The notes beneath the pieces were generated by a model. It worked only from the letters and a program-made list of their open reading frames with translations. It was not told the DNA's origin and ran no database searches. From a virus, in IMG/VR virus record IMGVR_UViG_3300046804_003540, positions 1-64,000 of that record: a DNA stretch of 64,000 nt; one strand, 5' to 3'. Shown here piece by piece: positions 1-8,852 of the stretch; position 1 is the stretch's first letter; each line of letters opens with the position of its first letter. The translations under genes were made by a program, and so were the position numbers.

Positions 1-92
1 TCGGCGAATCGTTCCTTACTAAAGATTAACTCACCGTCGTGTTCAACAAGACTCTGTGCGGCAAACTTTTCTAACATTGGTATCTTACTCAT
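1..92 (-). CDS. Partial member of the small 'E-K/R-FAE-LIV' paralog family (runs off the window edge)
   Basis: ATG at 92 overlaps the stop of 89..400; reads MSKIPMLEKFAAQSLVEHDGELIFSKERFA, resembling the family core EKFAELIV. Confidence 0.6.
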   Translation of the reverse strand, partial: MSKIPMLEKFAAQSLVEHDGELIFSKERFA

Positions 93-400
93 ACATTATT
101 CCTTCCTATGCGGCTGTAGCCTAACTTTGATTTAATCTCTTTACGGTCCGTTTTCTTTTCTGGTTTCCACGCTCTAGGATCTACAGTTTCTCCAGTTAAC
201 TCATAACGAAAGTCTGGGTCGTAGACCATATATCCCAACTTGTTCCATTTGATTACACCGTTGTCGAATAAAAAGATACAACCACGGCACATACAAAAAC
301 TGGCACCATTATCGCTCATCACATTACCGTTTACCGTGCCAACATACTTGACTACATTGCCCTGGTGCATTTGTTTTACGGCTTCGTGATAGTCAATCAT
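89..400 (-). CDS. Hypothetical protein
   Basis: 103-aa ORF coupled to neighbours by overlapping stop/start. Confidence 0.7.
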   Translation of the reverse strand: MIDYHEAVKQMHQGNVVKYVGTVNGNVMSDNGASFCMCRGCIFLFDNGVIKWNKLGYMVYDPDFRYELTGETVDPRAWKPEKKTDRKEIKSKLGYSRIGRNNV

Positions 401-707
401 TCTTTACCCCCAATAATTCTTTGATTAGGGTCTTTTTATCTTCTGTAGTCATACCGAAATCGAACCGCTCACGCATAACTTTCAACACTGCCAACGCACC
501 GTTGACACTTTTCATAACTTCTTCCTCTGATTGGCCTTGTCGGAATCCAGATTCGGCAAGTTCGTTGGCAGTTTGCTTGACCGTTTCGGTGAATTCAACG
601 ACCATCAACTCAGCGAACTTTTCCATTTCCGGTGATATATGGTCTTCAATAGGAAGAGGGACATACCCGTATGCTCTAACAAATAGTTCTTGAATTCGTT
701 TGTTCAT
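393..707 (-). CDS. MNxRI..EKFAEL paralog-family protein
   Basis: Start re-assigned to MNKRIQEL (ATG 707, GGAG upstream); contains MEKFAELMV and ends IKELLGVKND. Confidence 0.75.
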   Translation of the reverse strand: MNKRIQELFVRAYGYVPLPIEDHISPEMEKFAELMVVEFTETVKQTANELAESGFRQGQSEEEVMKSVNGALAVLKVMRERFDFGMTTEDKKTLIKELLGVKND

Positions 708-708
708 T

Positions 709-819
709 TTAGGCTCCAAAGGTAAAAACAAAAGAGATAACAATCAGTGCGATTAGGATCCCTGTCGCACACACAGCATTGACCACATCGTGAATATCGT
801 AATCATAATATCCAAGCAT
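709..819 (-). CDS. Small membrane protein (36 aa)
   Basis: ATG after CAGGAG RBS and promoter; MLGYYDYDIHDVVNAVCATGILIALIVISFVFTFGA. Confidence 0.55.
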   Translation of the reverse strand: MLGYYDYDIHDVVNAVCATGILIALIVISFVFTFGA

Positions 820-851
820 TTCAAACTCCTGTTTTGTTTCAATATGTGTAT

Positions 852-880
852 ATTATATAACCAAAATGATTTATTGTCAA
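852..880 (-). promoter_or_regulatory. Sigma70-type early promoter
   Basis: TTGACA(880-875)-17 nt-TATAAT(857-852), followed by AAAACAGGAG RBS. Confidence 0.85.
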
Positions 881-885
881 CTGAC

Positions 886-910
886 AAAAAAGCCCAGGAA
901 ATCTGGGCTT
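886..910 (-). terminator. Intrinsic terminator
   Basis: AAGCCCAG/CTGGGCTT stem followed by a T-run on the minus strand. Confidence 0.7.
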
Positions 911-915
911 AAATG

Positions 916-931
916 TAATACTTTTGTATTA
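916..931. repeat. Palindrome TAATAC-N4-GTATTA
   Basis: TAATAC TTTT GTATTA; one of eight related copies upstream of early promoters. Confidence 0.7.
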
Positions 932-1115
932 TGGTCTTTACGGTGTCCTACCCTTGCGTCCAGAACACTTTTCTCTTTGCTTCATACAGCAATAACTTAG
1001 CGTATATATTTACCGGGTAAGCAGATACAATAGCATAAACCCCAGGAAAAATATTAAAAACAATTTTCCAATTTGATTATCCATGGTATCCCTTTGTGTG
1101 TTTTACAGTATACAT

Positions 1116-1616
1116 TTATTTTGACTCTTTGTCAACTTCTGAGTCTTCTTCGTCCTCGTCTTTTGATTTCTTGTCAGACTTTAATTGTTCTTTTACTTCT
1201 TGTTCGATTTTATCAGCGGCAGTGTTCAAGGCCATTTTGCCCAATGCTTTGACTCGGTCATTTTTGGCTAGGGCTTTGCCTACTGATAATGCTACAGCAG
1301 CCGCTTCGGATTTTTCATTATCTTTGGTTACTGGTTTAGCTTCGGGTTTTGATTCTTGTACACTTTGGCTGGGCCGTGCCTGTGCTCTTTCTGCTTTAAT
1401 TGATTCACTGCGATGATTGTTAAGGGCATCTGCTAGTTTAGTATAACTGAATTCTTCTACTCTGCGTTTTGTAAACAAGGGTGCTATTTCAACAAAAAAC
1501 ATCATCAGCATTAACGCCAGAGCCAAGCCCCATTGTTCGAAGTATATGTTAGCAGTTAATAGTATAAAAACTGTAACATACAACAATGCGCTTTCTTGCC
1601 GCTCGGACAGTTTCAT
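1116..1616 (-). CDS. Membrane protein with charged C-terminus
   Basis: 166 aa, two N-terminal hydrophobic segments. Confidence 0.7.
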   Translation of the reverse strand: MKLSERQESALLYVTVFILLTANIYFEQWGLALALMLMMFFVEIAPLFTKRRVEEFSYTKLADALNNHRSESIKAERAQARPSQSVQESKPEAKPVTKDNEKSEAAAVALSVGKALAKNDRVKALGKMALNTAADKIEQEVKEQLKSDKKSKDEDEEDSEVDKESK

Positions 1617-1753
1617 TACAATACTACCTTGCCATGTTCTTTGTTGTGCTTGAGTGTTTCAAAACCAATGGTCTTTCTGTAGTCTAAGAACCACCATACC
1701 GCAACTACAATAAACACCAACCACGCTAATGCTATTAAAATGTATTCTGTCAT
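1616..1753 (-). CDS. Small membrane protein (45 aa)
   Basis: MTEYILIALAWLVFIVVAVWWFLDY..., overlaps both neighbours. Confidence 0.55.
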   Translation of the reverse strand: MTEYILIALAWLVFIVVAVWWFLDYRKTIGFETLKHNKEHGKVVL

Positions 1754-2217
1754 GTTGACACTGTTCCTTCTAATCTTTTAAACCCAAAATTTATTAGTTT
1801 GACACCAAAGAAAGTAAACAACAGTGTAAAAACAATTTTAAAGATTGCTGACCAACTGGCTTCGTTGTCCATGGCTATTTTTACTAGGCCTGCGTCAATT
1901 TCAAATCTGCTATTAGGCACAGATTCTACAGTTTCTTTAGGTGTAGTTTTGGGTAACTGAGGAGGTGGCGGAGGTAATGGGCCACCACCTATAGGTTCGA
2001 TTTGTAACGGGGGTTTCGATGCGGTGTCTTTTGACTTAGCAGATTCTTCTATTTTGGCAATGGCTATTTTTGCTTCTGTTCTTTTAGTTTCTGCTTCGTG
2101 ATACTCTGCGTAAAACAGTGAAGTCAACCAAAGCATTATTATAACAAAAGCGGAAATCGTAGTCCGTCTTACATATTCTTTTAGAGTTTTTTGTTGAAGG
2201 GGCACAAATATTGACAT
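1750..2217 (-). CDS. Membrane protein, Pro-rich linker
   Basis: Start re-assigned to MSIFVPL just after TAAATA (2222-2227); two hydrophobic segments. Confidence 0.65.
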   Translation of the reverse strand: MSIFVPLQQKTLKEYVRRTTISAFVIIMLWLTSLFYAEYHEAETKRTEAKIAIAKIEESAKSKDTASKPPLQIEPIGGGPLPPPPPQLPKTTPKETVESVPNSRFEIDAGLVKIAMDNEASWSAIFKIVFTLLFTFFGVKLINFGFKRLEGTVST

Positions 2218-2224
2218 ACAGTAT

Positions 2225-2386
2225 TTAAGCTGGCATGACAAATCCAATTGCCATACCCACCAAAAATGCCGTACTCGCAGTAATCAAACTCCAAACCCCT
2301 AGCCAATAATTAGTCCAACGCCATTCTTCCTGCTGTTGTTGCAGCCTGAGTTTTTCCTCTTGGTACCTGCTTTTCCAATCTATCAT
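2225..2386 (-). CDS. Small membrane protein
   Basis: Start MIDWKSRY overlapping the upstream stop; C-terminal hydrophobic helix. Confidence 0.55.
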   Translation of the reverse strand: MIDWKSRYQEEKLRLQQQQEEWRWTNYWLGVWSLITASTAFLVGMAIGFVMPA

Positions 2387-2676
2387 TATTTGGAACAAGT
2401 CCTTGTTCTGGTTACGGTGCCGTCGGGATTTTGGGTTTCGGTCCAAGGACTACAATTGCTGTCCACTATGACCTGTTGCTGTTGTATAACAACTTGAGGT
2501 TCAGGTGGCCTGGTTGCTTGCCATACTATAATGCCACCAATGGCCATGGGCACTACCCATTCCCACCCACCTTGAGGTGCAGGACGCCAATGACCGTGTG
2601 AGTGGTGATGATAACCATGGGCCCACACACTTGCGGAAATGCCAATTAGAGCCAGTAAAGTTAAGATTTTTTTCAT
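2386..2676 (-). CDS. Secreted/membrane hypothetical protein
   Basis: Signal peptide MKKILTLLALIGISASVWA; RBS AGGAG; TAAATA at 2695-2700. Confidence 0.75.
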   Translation of the reverse strand: MKKILTLLALIGISASVWAHGYHHHSHGHWRPAPQGGWEWVVPMAIGGIIVWQATRPPEPQVVIQQQQVIVDSNCSPWTETQNPDGTVTRTRTCSK

Positions 2677-2725
2677 ATAGTGCTCCTATGCAGTTATTTA
2701 ACGCCTGACTGTGAAAAAAGTAAAC

Positions 2726-2752
2726 AAAAAAATAGGGCACCGAAGTGCCCTA
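2726..2752 (-). terminator. Intrinsic terminator
   Basis: TAGGGCAC-TTCG-GTGCCCTA then T-run on the minus strand. Confidence 0.85.
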
Positions 2753-2774
2753 AACCGCATTAAGGAGAACTCAA

Positions 2775-3104
2775 TTACTCTGCAACTGCTTCTTTAGCGC
2801 CAGCACGAGCTTTGATTGCTTCAATGCTGGGAGCGGCTTTCTTGGCCTTGGTAACTTTGACAACCTTAGCGCCATTGTACTTGGCGTCAGCGGCATCGAT
2901 AGCAGCTTGGAATGCAGGGTTCTTGTAAAGGTCAGTACCTTTCAAATAAGTGACCACAGCAGGCTTGTCCATAGCCTCGGGCAACTCCATGAGTTCGATG
3001 TCAGTGTGGCCATTCTTGGACAACACCTTAACACGGGTCATGTCATTGGCAAAACGAACTTTGACTTCACCTTTGAGAGAGGAAACACCAGCAACTTTGA
3101 ACAT
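2775..3104 (-). CDS. Hypothetical protein, K/A-rich C-terminus
   Basis: Start MFKVAGVSS after GGAG; has its own promoter and terminator. Confidence 0.75.
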   Translation of the reverse strand: MFKVAGVSSLKGEVKVRFANDMTRVKVLSKNGHTDIELMELPEAMDKPAVVTYLKGTDLYKNPAFQAAIDAADAKYNGAKVVKVTKAKKAAPSIEAIKARAGAKEAVAE

Positions 3105-3169
3105 AGAAAACTCCATTGAAAAACAAGTTAGTTGAAAAAATGTCAGCATCCATTTGCTAACATATTCAA

Positions 3170-3198
3170 ATTATAGTTGAAAACAAATTTGATGTCAA
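3170..3198 (-). promoter_or_regulatory. Sigma70-type promoter
   Basis: TTGACA(3198-3193)-17-TATAAT(3175-3170). Confidence 0.85.
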
Positions 3199-3225
3199 CC
3201 ATTATTTGAATTAGGTTTACCAAAA

Positions 3226-3354
3226 TTATTTGGTTAATTCTTTTGTTTGATCTTGAATTTTGGCTACTCCTTGGTCTAGGATTTGTGCAAGACCCACAAA
3301 ACCCACACTTGCAACCGCAACACCAAAAACAAATCCTAATAGAAACTTAATCAT
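3226..3354 (-). CDS. Small membrane protein (42 aa)
   Basis: MIKFLLGFVFGVAVASVGFVGLAQ..., ATGA-coupled. Confidence 0.55.
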   Translation of the reverse strand: MIKFLLGFVFGVAVASVGFVGLAQILDQGVAKIQDQTKELTK

Positions 3355-3473
3355 TTGCGAAACACCCTTTGCACTTCATGATTAAACTCATTGAAATCTC
3401 GTTTTATGTCTCGTTGGACAGAACTACAACTGGCCGCGATAGTTAGCACTACACACATTACCAAAGTTCTCAT
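3351..3473 (-). CDS. Small putative lipoprotein (40 aa)
   Basis: MRTLVMCVVLTIAASCSS: lipobox-like. Confidence 0.5.
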   Translation of the reverse strand: MRTLVMCVVLTIAASCSSVQRDIKRDFNEFNHEVQRVFRK

Positions 3474-3560
3474 CAAAACTCTCGCATAATCAACATAGCA
3501 AGGCCCATGATCCAAATTGGTGCCAAAACAATGGCAAGATTAACTAAGGCAGTCATCATA

Positions 3561-3839
3561 TTAACTCCAGTCCTTGCGATCGGTTGTTTGACGGTAGCCT
3601 GCGGTATAGGCAGTGATTTCTTCAGCGGTCATACAGGCCAGCTCAATGCGAGGGCTGGTTGCCGTGTCACCTGCATACATGTGCGGGTTGAAAGGGCGAC
3701 CATAGTAGGAATCGGCACTGCCACGATCAAAAGCGCCACCATGTCGTTCATCATAAAGTTTAGTCACATTGTTCTCCTTGGAAACTCGTTCCCATTCACC
3801 ATTCACTTTAACAAAACCTTGGGGTTGAAAATAAGCCAT
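3561..3839 (-). CDS. Hypothetical protein
   Basis: 92 aa; HGGAFDRGSADSYYGR segment. Confidence 0.7.
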   Translation of the reverse strand: MAYFQPQGFVKVNGEWERVSKENNVTKLYDERHGGAFDRGSADSYYGRPFNPHMYAGDTATSPRIELACMTAEEITAYTAGYRQTTDRKDWS

Positions 3840-3840
3840 T

Positions 3841-4116
3841 TTATTCAGCCTTCATGATGTAGGTCATCAGCACCCACTTGGCACGGTTCAGCTGTTGGCG
3901 AGCATCTTCGGCTCGCATAAAATCAACTTCACCGTATTCAGTATTAATCATTTCCTGAGCATCCGACATCATGCTGGCAACAACCATCGCAGGGCCAGAA
4001 AACTTGAAAGTGAAACTCGATTCGATGCTTTCACGCATACCTGCAACGGTAACGCCATACATACGGACTTCACGCTTTTCTTGTTCAGAAAGTGCATTGT
4101 AGATCGCTGTAGCCAT
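3841..4116 (-). CDS. Hypothetical early protein
   Basis: 91 aa directly after a promoter/RBS cassette. Confidence 0.75.
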   Translation of the reverse strand: MATAIYNALSEQEKREVRMYGVTVAGMRESIESSFTFKFSGPAMVVASMMSDAQEMINTEYGEVDFMRAEDARQQLNRAKWVLMTYIMKAE

Positions 4117-4122
4117 TTCACG

Positions 4123-4205
4123 CTCCTGTTTTGTTACTGTATGCCATTATTATAGCAAAATTGGGAATTTCTGTCTACCAAAATTTTTGTAATACCTAAG
4201 TATTA
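4123..4205 (-). promoter_or_regulatory. Early promoter cassette (palindrome, -35, -10, RBS)
   Basis: TAATAC-CTAA-GTATTA 4190-4205; TAGACA-17-TATAAT(4154-4149); AAAACAGGAG; 4123-4171 identical to 22689-22737. Confidence 0.85.
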
Positions 4206-4523
4206 ACTTCCTGTAGAAAGAATTAGTGTGCGCGGATCATCTTTAGCAGGCACAAAACGCTCAATATAGATATGATGTGCATCACCAGAATCTCGAATGC
4301 AAGCGTCGGCCGCACGGAACAGAGCCGCCCAAGTCAGCCCAAATATACTGTTACTGACAGGCTTATCGCCCCAATGGTCCCGGTAAACAATTCTATCAGC
4401 ACCTTCAAAGGGATGGCGATCATTGAGATTTTCCACTTCGTAAATGCTCCAAACAGAGCGCAACCCAAGGTCCTTTTGAACTGAGTCGTAGTGGTTGTAT
4501 TTGTGGTCAAAATCTGCGTCCAT
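4203..4523 (-). CDS. Hypothetical early protein
   Basis: 106 aa after a cassette; stop codon lies inside the palindrome. Confidence 0.75.
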   Translation of the reverse strand: MDADFDHKYNHYDSVQKDLGLRSVWSIYEVENLNDRHPFEGADRIVYRDHWGDKPVSNSIFGLTWAALFRAADACIRDSGDAHHIYIERFVPAKDDPRTLILSTGS

Positions 4524-4529
4524 TGTCTG

Positions 4530-4613
4530 CTCCTGTTTTGTTAACCTATGCCATAATTATAGCAAAATTGGTATTTTCAGTCAACCAAAATAAAGTGTAA
4601 ACCTTAGTTTACA
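4530..4613 (-). promoter_or_regulatory. Early promoter cassette
   Basis: TGTAAAC-CTTA-GTTTACA 4596-4613; TTGACT-17-TATAAT(4561-4556); AAAACAGGAG. Confidence 0.85.
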
Positions 4614-4815
4614 TTTTGGCAAGAAAGCGAGCAAAATCCATTTGCAGCTCTGCTACATCTTCGTGGGGCACATAAAAGTCCGTGGTAGGGTCCCAGTATT
4701 GACCCTCTTTAGGATCATAATACAGAACTTGGCCGTTGGGGTAGAAAAAAGGACCTTCCAACCCTCGGCGAGGTTGCCATTTTGCATCACGCTCACCAAC
4801 TACACGGTATCCCAT
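4609..4815 (-). CDS. Hypothetical early protein
   Basis: 68 aa, LEGPF..YYDPKEGQYWDP. Confidence 0.75.
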   Translation of the reverse strand: MGYRVVGERDAKWQPRRGLEGPFFYPNGQVLYYDPKEGQYWDPTTDFYVPHEDVAELQMDFARFLAKM

Positions 4816-4820
4816 AGGAC

Positions 4821-4873
4821 CTCCTGTTTGTTTACTATGCCATGATTATAGCATTTTGGTGAATTATGGTCAA
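4821..4873 (-). promoter_or_regulatory. Early promoter plus RBS
   Basis: TTGACC-17-TATAAT(4850-4845), AAACAGGAGG. Confidence 0.85.
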
Positions 4874-4879
4874 CCGTTT

Positions 4880-5086
4880 TTAGATAGTCAAGTCTGGAGC
4901 AGTAATAGTACTTTTGTTTGCGTAGGCCGCATCGAGAATTGCATCCATAAATTCACGCAATTCATTCATATAAGCACCATGAACCGTGCCTGTATTGCAA
5001 TTTTGGTTATTGAAATAAGCTCGCATTTTCATCAGCTGAGTAGCATCCAACTTTTTAATTGTAATGTCGACGACCTTGTTAGTCAT
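4880..5086 (-). CDS. Hypothetical early protein
   Basis: Start re-assigned to MTNKVVD after AGGAGG. Confidence 0.7.
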   Translation of the reverse strand: MTNKVVDITIKKLDATQLMKMRAYFNNQNCNTGTVHGAYMNELREFMDAILDAAYANKSTITAPDLTI

Positions 5087-5116
5087 TTTGACCTCCTGTG
5101 TGTTTAAGATGTCTTC

Positions 5117-5172
5117 ATTGTAACAAAAAGGTGAATTACGGTCAACCAAAAAAGACTAGTACTTGTGTTTTA
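5117..5172 (-). promoter_or_regulatory. Early promoter with degenerate palindrome
   Basis: TTGACC-17-TACAAT(5122-5117); TAGTAC-TTGT-GTTTTA 5157-5172. Confidence 0.75.
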
Positions 5173-5403
5173 AAATAGTGCTTTGTATAGGCCAGCTGCA
5201 CCAATCAGCAGAGCTACAATATTGACCATTAACTGTGGACCGTTTCTAACCCTAACAGCCCATGCTAAAAATAATACAGTGCCCACAACAAAGGCCACAA
5301 TGTTCCAAGGATATACAGCAGGTCCCACAGCGTTCAAACTGTGGCCTGCTACGATAGCAACAGCACCTGACCATTGCAGAATTTCATCTAATTTATCAGT
5401 CAT
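5170..5403 (-). CDS. Small multi-pass membrane protein
   Basis: Start MTDKLDE (ATGA overlap); three hydrophobic segments. Confidence 0.7.
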   Translation of the reverse strand: MTDKLDEILQWSGAVAIVAGHSLNAVGPAVYPWNIVAFVVGTVLFLAWAVRVRNGPQLMVNIVALLIGAAGLYKALF

Positions 5404-6647
5404 TTTGTAAATACCCAAAGGTCTTCATAGTTGCCATCTCTGGTCTTTTTGGCTTGTCTACTGACAGCAATAGCACTCCATTGTACTCGTAACTGTTGGC
5501 TTAACGGTAAATGTTTGGCTACTACGGCCTGCATGTCTTGGCTGATAGCTACTTCTTGTTTGTTTTTGTTTCTATAGTTACTGATTACAAAAGCAAACTT
5601 ACCGCCGGGACGCAGAACTTCACAGCAGAGTTCTACAGTTCGTTCCCAATACTCTCGCAACCAAGTGGCATAGTCAGGATAGTTGGTAAAACTTTGATCT
5701 GCACTGTCATAGATCTCCAAGTCATAATAAGGAGGACTAAACAGTACAGCATCTACTTGATTTTGATACTTTGTAACAAAGCCATGTTTGTGATCCAACT
5801 GTTCGCTGGGACAACAATACAAGTCTACAGTTTTGTCGGGAATTTCAAATAAGCTATTATCTCGATATCGTTGCCATTCTGTGTGTAACCAACGACCATT
5901 GTCAACAACTTCAGGAATTACATCAGTGGCGATAAAATGCCGCCAGTCTGTACTGTAGTAACCTAACTGATACGCATTCCATCCCATGACAGGTGCAAAG
6001 ACCGTTTCACCTGTAAATATCTCCTGCATGATACCTTTGTAAGTAGCAGGATTAAAGATACTGGCTCTGTTACATCCTACCATAAAATCAATCCAAAACT
6101 GACCGTAGTCTTGGTTTTCAATTCTACATATATGATCAAAAAATGCCGGACCTACTAGGCTGTTCCTAAGTTTGAAATCTTCAAACATGGCTCGCATCAA
6201 GCCCAGTGTATATTCAAAGTCGTTGTCGTAGAGTTTTTTAGTTGTGTAAAACTTGTCAAAGTTTATATTCTTACAGAGTCTACCATACTTAGCGTTAGCT
6301 TTACCTGAAAAGGTATCACCACCAAATATTTCACTTGTGGGAATATCAAAGTAAAAGTCTAGGTCTTCGGTCAAGGCCGCTGTTTTGTTGAACCATTGAG
6401 TTAGTGCTACTTCAGGTTCTACAACCAGCATTTGATAAAGTTTTTGTTTGTATAGGTCTAGCCGTTGCAGTCTGTTATCGTTCTTGGCCCACTTGACTAA
6501 AAAGTCATCCAAGCTAGCTCTGGTAACAAACTGTCCTGTGGTGTCACTTCCGTTCAGCACAGCCAGTTTACTAGAAAAATCAGCATAACTGATGTTTCGA
6601 TTAAGGTTAAACTGCTGTAAAAATTTGTCTACGGTATAAATCATCAC
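5400..6647 (-). CDS. Amino (N4C/N6A) DNA methyltransferase
   Basis: Catalytic FSPPYY motif, LRPGGKFAF, SAM-binding-like FAPVMGW. Confidence 0.8.
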   Translation of the reverse strand: MMIYTVDKFLQQFNLNRNISYADFSSKLAVLNGSDTTGQFVTRASLDDFLVKWAKNDNRLQRLDLYKQKLYQMLVVEPEVALTQWFNKTAALTEDLDFYFDIPTSEIFGGDTFSGKANAKYGRLCKNINFDKFYTTKKLYDNDFEYTLGLMRAMFEDFKLRNSLVGPAFFDHICRIENQDYGQFWIDFMVGCNRASIFNPATYKGIMQEIFTGETVFAPVMGWNAYQLGYYSTDWRHFIATDVIPEVVDNGRWLHTEWQRYRDNSLFEIPDKTVDLYCCPSEQLDHKHGFVTKYQNQVDAVLFSPPYYDLEIYDSADQSFTNYPDYATWLREYWERTVELCCEVLRPGGKFAFVISNYRNKNKQEVAISQDMQAVVAKHLPLSQQLRVQWSAIAVSRQAKKTRDGNYEDLWVFTK

Positions 6648-6651
6648 GTAT

Positions 6652-7206
6652 TTATATTCTGTGAACTGTACAGTTATTAATAGTCATAGTTTCAATTTTA
6701 GGCAAGTCCAACAACAATTTTTCAGGTAAGACAATAGCATCGTGATTAGGTTTACCTTTGTCAATCCATTTTTGTTTTTGCAGTAACAAATGACAGGCCA
6801 CTGTGGTCAGTGCTTCTTTGCTTTGAACATCCCAAATCCTTACAATCTGTAGATTGTCTTTGCGACGAACTGCAAAAATATAGCGAGGATATTCTAGGCC
6901 ACCCTGTGCATGAAACTGCCAACCGCTGAGTCCAACTAAGCCAGTGCGTTTAGTATGTTCTTTGGTAGCGCACTTTTGTTCAATAATTACTTCACCGCTT
7001 TTGGCATCTTCGCCGTTACGGTGAAAGTTAGTATTGTAGTCTTTGTCGTAGGTGCTGACAATTTCCCACATGCTAAGAGCACTGAGTGTATCGTTGGCAA
7101 GAATATCAATGCCGTACTTTTGATAGGCCTTACTGGCCTGCTTAAAAATAAGATCTCGATGATTAATCAAATCACGGATTTTGTCTGCTTCAATGTATTT
7201 TGACAT
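6652..7206 (-). CDS. PvuII-like PD-(D/E)xK restriction endonuclease candidate
   Basis: KYGIDILAND, RNGEDAK, IEQK, YIFAVRR and KWIDKG parallel the recalled R.PvuII segments KHGINDIFQDN, REGNDAV, YELK, WIFAIYR, KWYSDG. Confidence 0.55.
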   Translation of the reverse strand: MSKYIEADKIRDLINHRDLIFKQASKAYQKYGIDILANDTLSALSMWEIVSTYDKDYNTNFHRNGEDAKSGEVIIEQKCATKEHTKRTGLVGLSGWQFHAQGGLEYPRYIFAVRRKDNLQIVRIWDVQSKEALTTVACHLLLQKQKWIDKGKPNHDAIVLPEKLLLDLPKIETMTINNCTVHRI

Positions 7207-7207
7207 G

Positions 7208-7600
7208 TTATAGATTCTTTTTCAATTCTTTTTCTATTCGTACAGGGTTCCAAGGACCAGGACCGCAGTCAACTAATTGAATATTTAAATCTTTACAAAT
7301 CAGTAAGACGAATTCTCTAATATCCTGCCACTCACTGTTAACAATCCATTCAGTCATACCTGATCCTATGCCAAAGGCCTGATGTCTAAAATTACCCAGT
7401 ACACTGTTTTCAATCCATTTAATAATTTCAGGATCTTGATGATAACATAACCAAGAGTAACTGGCTTCCCAACACGGACCAAACGGCAGTTGATATTTGC
7501 CCAATCTACCGTCTGGGTATTGGTCCAAGGTAATGCCAGGCTTGGTATTAAACTGGCCACCAATTTCTTTAGGTGGATTAAATGTATAATACCAAGCCAT
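7208..7600 (-). CDS. T5orf172/GIY-YIG-like protein candidate
   Basis: WYY..KPGIT..RLGKYQ..E..TEW pattern. Confidence 0.45.
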   Translation of the reverse strand: MAWYYTFNPPKEIGGQFNTKPGITLDQYPDGRLGKYQLPFGPCWEASYSWLCYHQDPEIIKWIENSVLGNFRHQAFGIGSGMTEWIVNSEWQDIREFVLLICKDLNIQLVDCGPGPWNPVRIEKELKKNL

Positions 7601-7602
7601 GG

Positions 7603-8733
7603 TTAAAATCCCGGTTTCCAGTTACGCAATTGGTCTCTAGCAGCCGGAAGGTTTAGGCCTTTGGCAAGATGCTTGAGACCATTACTGACCACATAGTTAG
7701 ATTCTAACTTTGCAAACTGAGGATTATTCCAAGCAGGACAAGATTCCTTGATGTATAACTGTGCTTTATTAGCCGTGGTACGCTTATTAATCAATAAGCC
7801 CGCAAGTTTATCTTCTTGTTTTTCTGTCCAGTCTATGCCCAAAGCTAGATTCTCTTGCATCAACATGGCAAAACTGGTCATTAAACAACCATCAATGCTT
7901 TGATGTTTAAAATTACGCGACAACCATTTTAAACTACGCTGCAACAATGCACCTGGCGTAGATGTTTTCTTATCCAAGTCAAAAGTCATGTAAGTTTCAT
8001 TTAAATTATGAATAGCACCTGCAATTTTATTGCCCGATCGTTTAATCATAACGCCGTTGACACTATCCACTACCTGTTGAATTTGCGGAGCAGGATAGAT
8101 GCCACAGGCCACTTTGATAAAGTGTTGGTCAAAAATATCAACATTTCTTTTATTTCGTACATTAATTGCTAAAAACAAAATACCTGCAATATACAATGCC
8201 AATTCGTGAGTGTCATCAAACGAGCCTTGATCTGGTACATCTGCTACCCAAAAAGGCAGCTCAGTGTCACCTTTACGAATTCTGTTTACGCCGGTATGTG
8301 TACTGTCTGCATTATAAACCATGGATCCATACTTGGCAGGCATTTTAAGACCGAGTCCCGTCATTGCAAAATGATCAAACCAATCCCCTTCTAGTTTAAT
8401 GCAATGATTTGGGCTGGTATCTCTATTAAAACTGGGATGACTGAAAACTTTTTTAACTGACACCATTTCAAAGTGCGGCACAAGATTAAACATAGTTAAA
8501 GTCTTGCCAGCTAGAGTTTGACTGTGATACTGATTGATACGGCCTTGCCAAGGTCCGGATACTGCATCTACTGCGGCAGCAAGATCAGTCATTGGAATGA
8601 GCCCATACTTATAGTTTCTGCTCATTTCCTTGCAGTCAATAAATGCTTCTTCAATATCAAATGTGTGGGAGAATTTGGACAAGAACTGTCCAAGAGAGTT
8701 GTGAGCCGTAGCACGGCGTTTGCTTTTTGCCAT
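7603..8733 (-). CDS. Hypothetical, possibly ParB/DGQHR-like
   Basis: 376 aa; FNR..YNADSTHT resembles YQR..DGQH; first gene of the operon. Confidence 0.45.
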   Translation of the reverse strand: MAKSKRRATAHNSLGQFLSKFSHTFDIEEAFIDCKEMSRNYKYGLIPMTDLAAAVDAVSGPWQGRINQYHSQTLAGKTLTMFNLVPHFEMVSVKKVFSHPSFNRDTSPNHCIKLEGDWFDHFAMTGLGLKMPAKYGSMVYNADSTHTGVNRIRKGDTELPFWVADVPDQGSFDDTHELALYIAGILFLAINVRNKRNVDIFDQHFIKVACGIYPAPQIQQVVDSVNGVMIKRSGNKIAGAIHNLNETYMTFDLDKKTSTPGALLQRSLKWLSRNFKHQSIDGCLMTSFAMLMQENLALGIDWTEKQEDKLAGLLINKRTTANKAQLYIKESCPAWNNPQFAKLESNYVVSNGLKHLAKGLNLPAARDQLRNWKPGF

Positions 8734-8813
8734 TTGTAATTTCCTTGTTCTCTAACCCTGTGGGTTATTAAAAATTCAGTTTCTAGCAGAATCGCTCTCA
8801 AACTGTAAAGGGA

Positions 8814-8842
8814 ATTATATATGAGATCTATTAATTCGTCAA
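8814..8842 (-). promoter_or_regulatory. Sigma70-type promoter of the RM-like operon
   Basis: TTGACG-17-TATAAT(8819-8814). Confidence 0.75.
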
Positions 8843-8852
8843 GTCGATTTGG

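Noticed and set aside
910-1075. Second TAG-readthrough ORF (TAG at 948-950, minus strand)
   Set aside because: The frame is closed upstream by TAA, has no start or RBS, and runs into the palindrome and terminator
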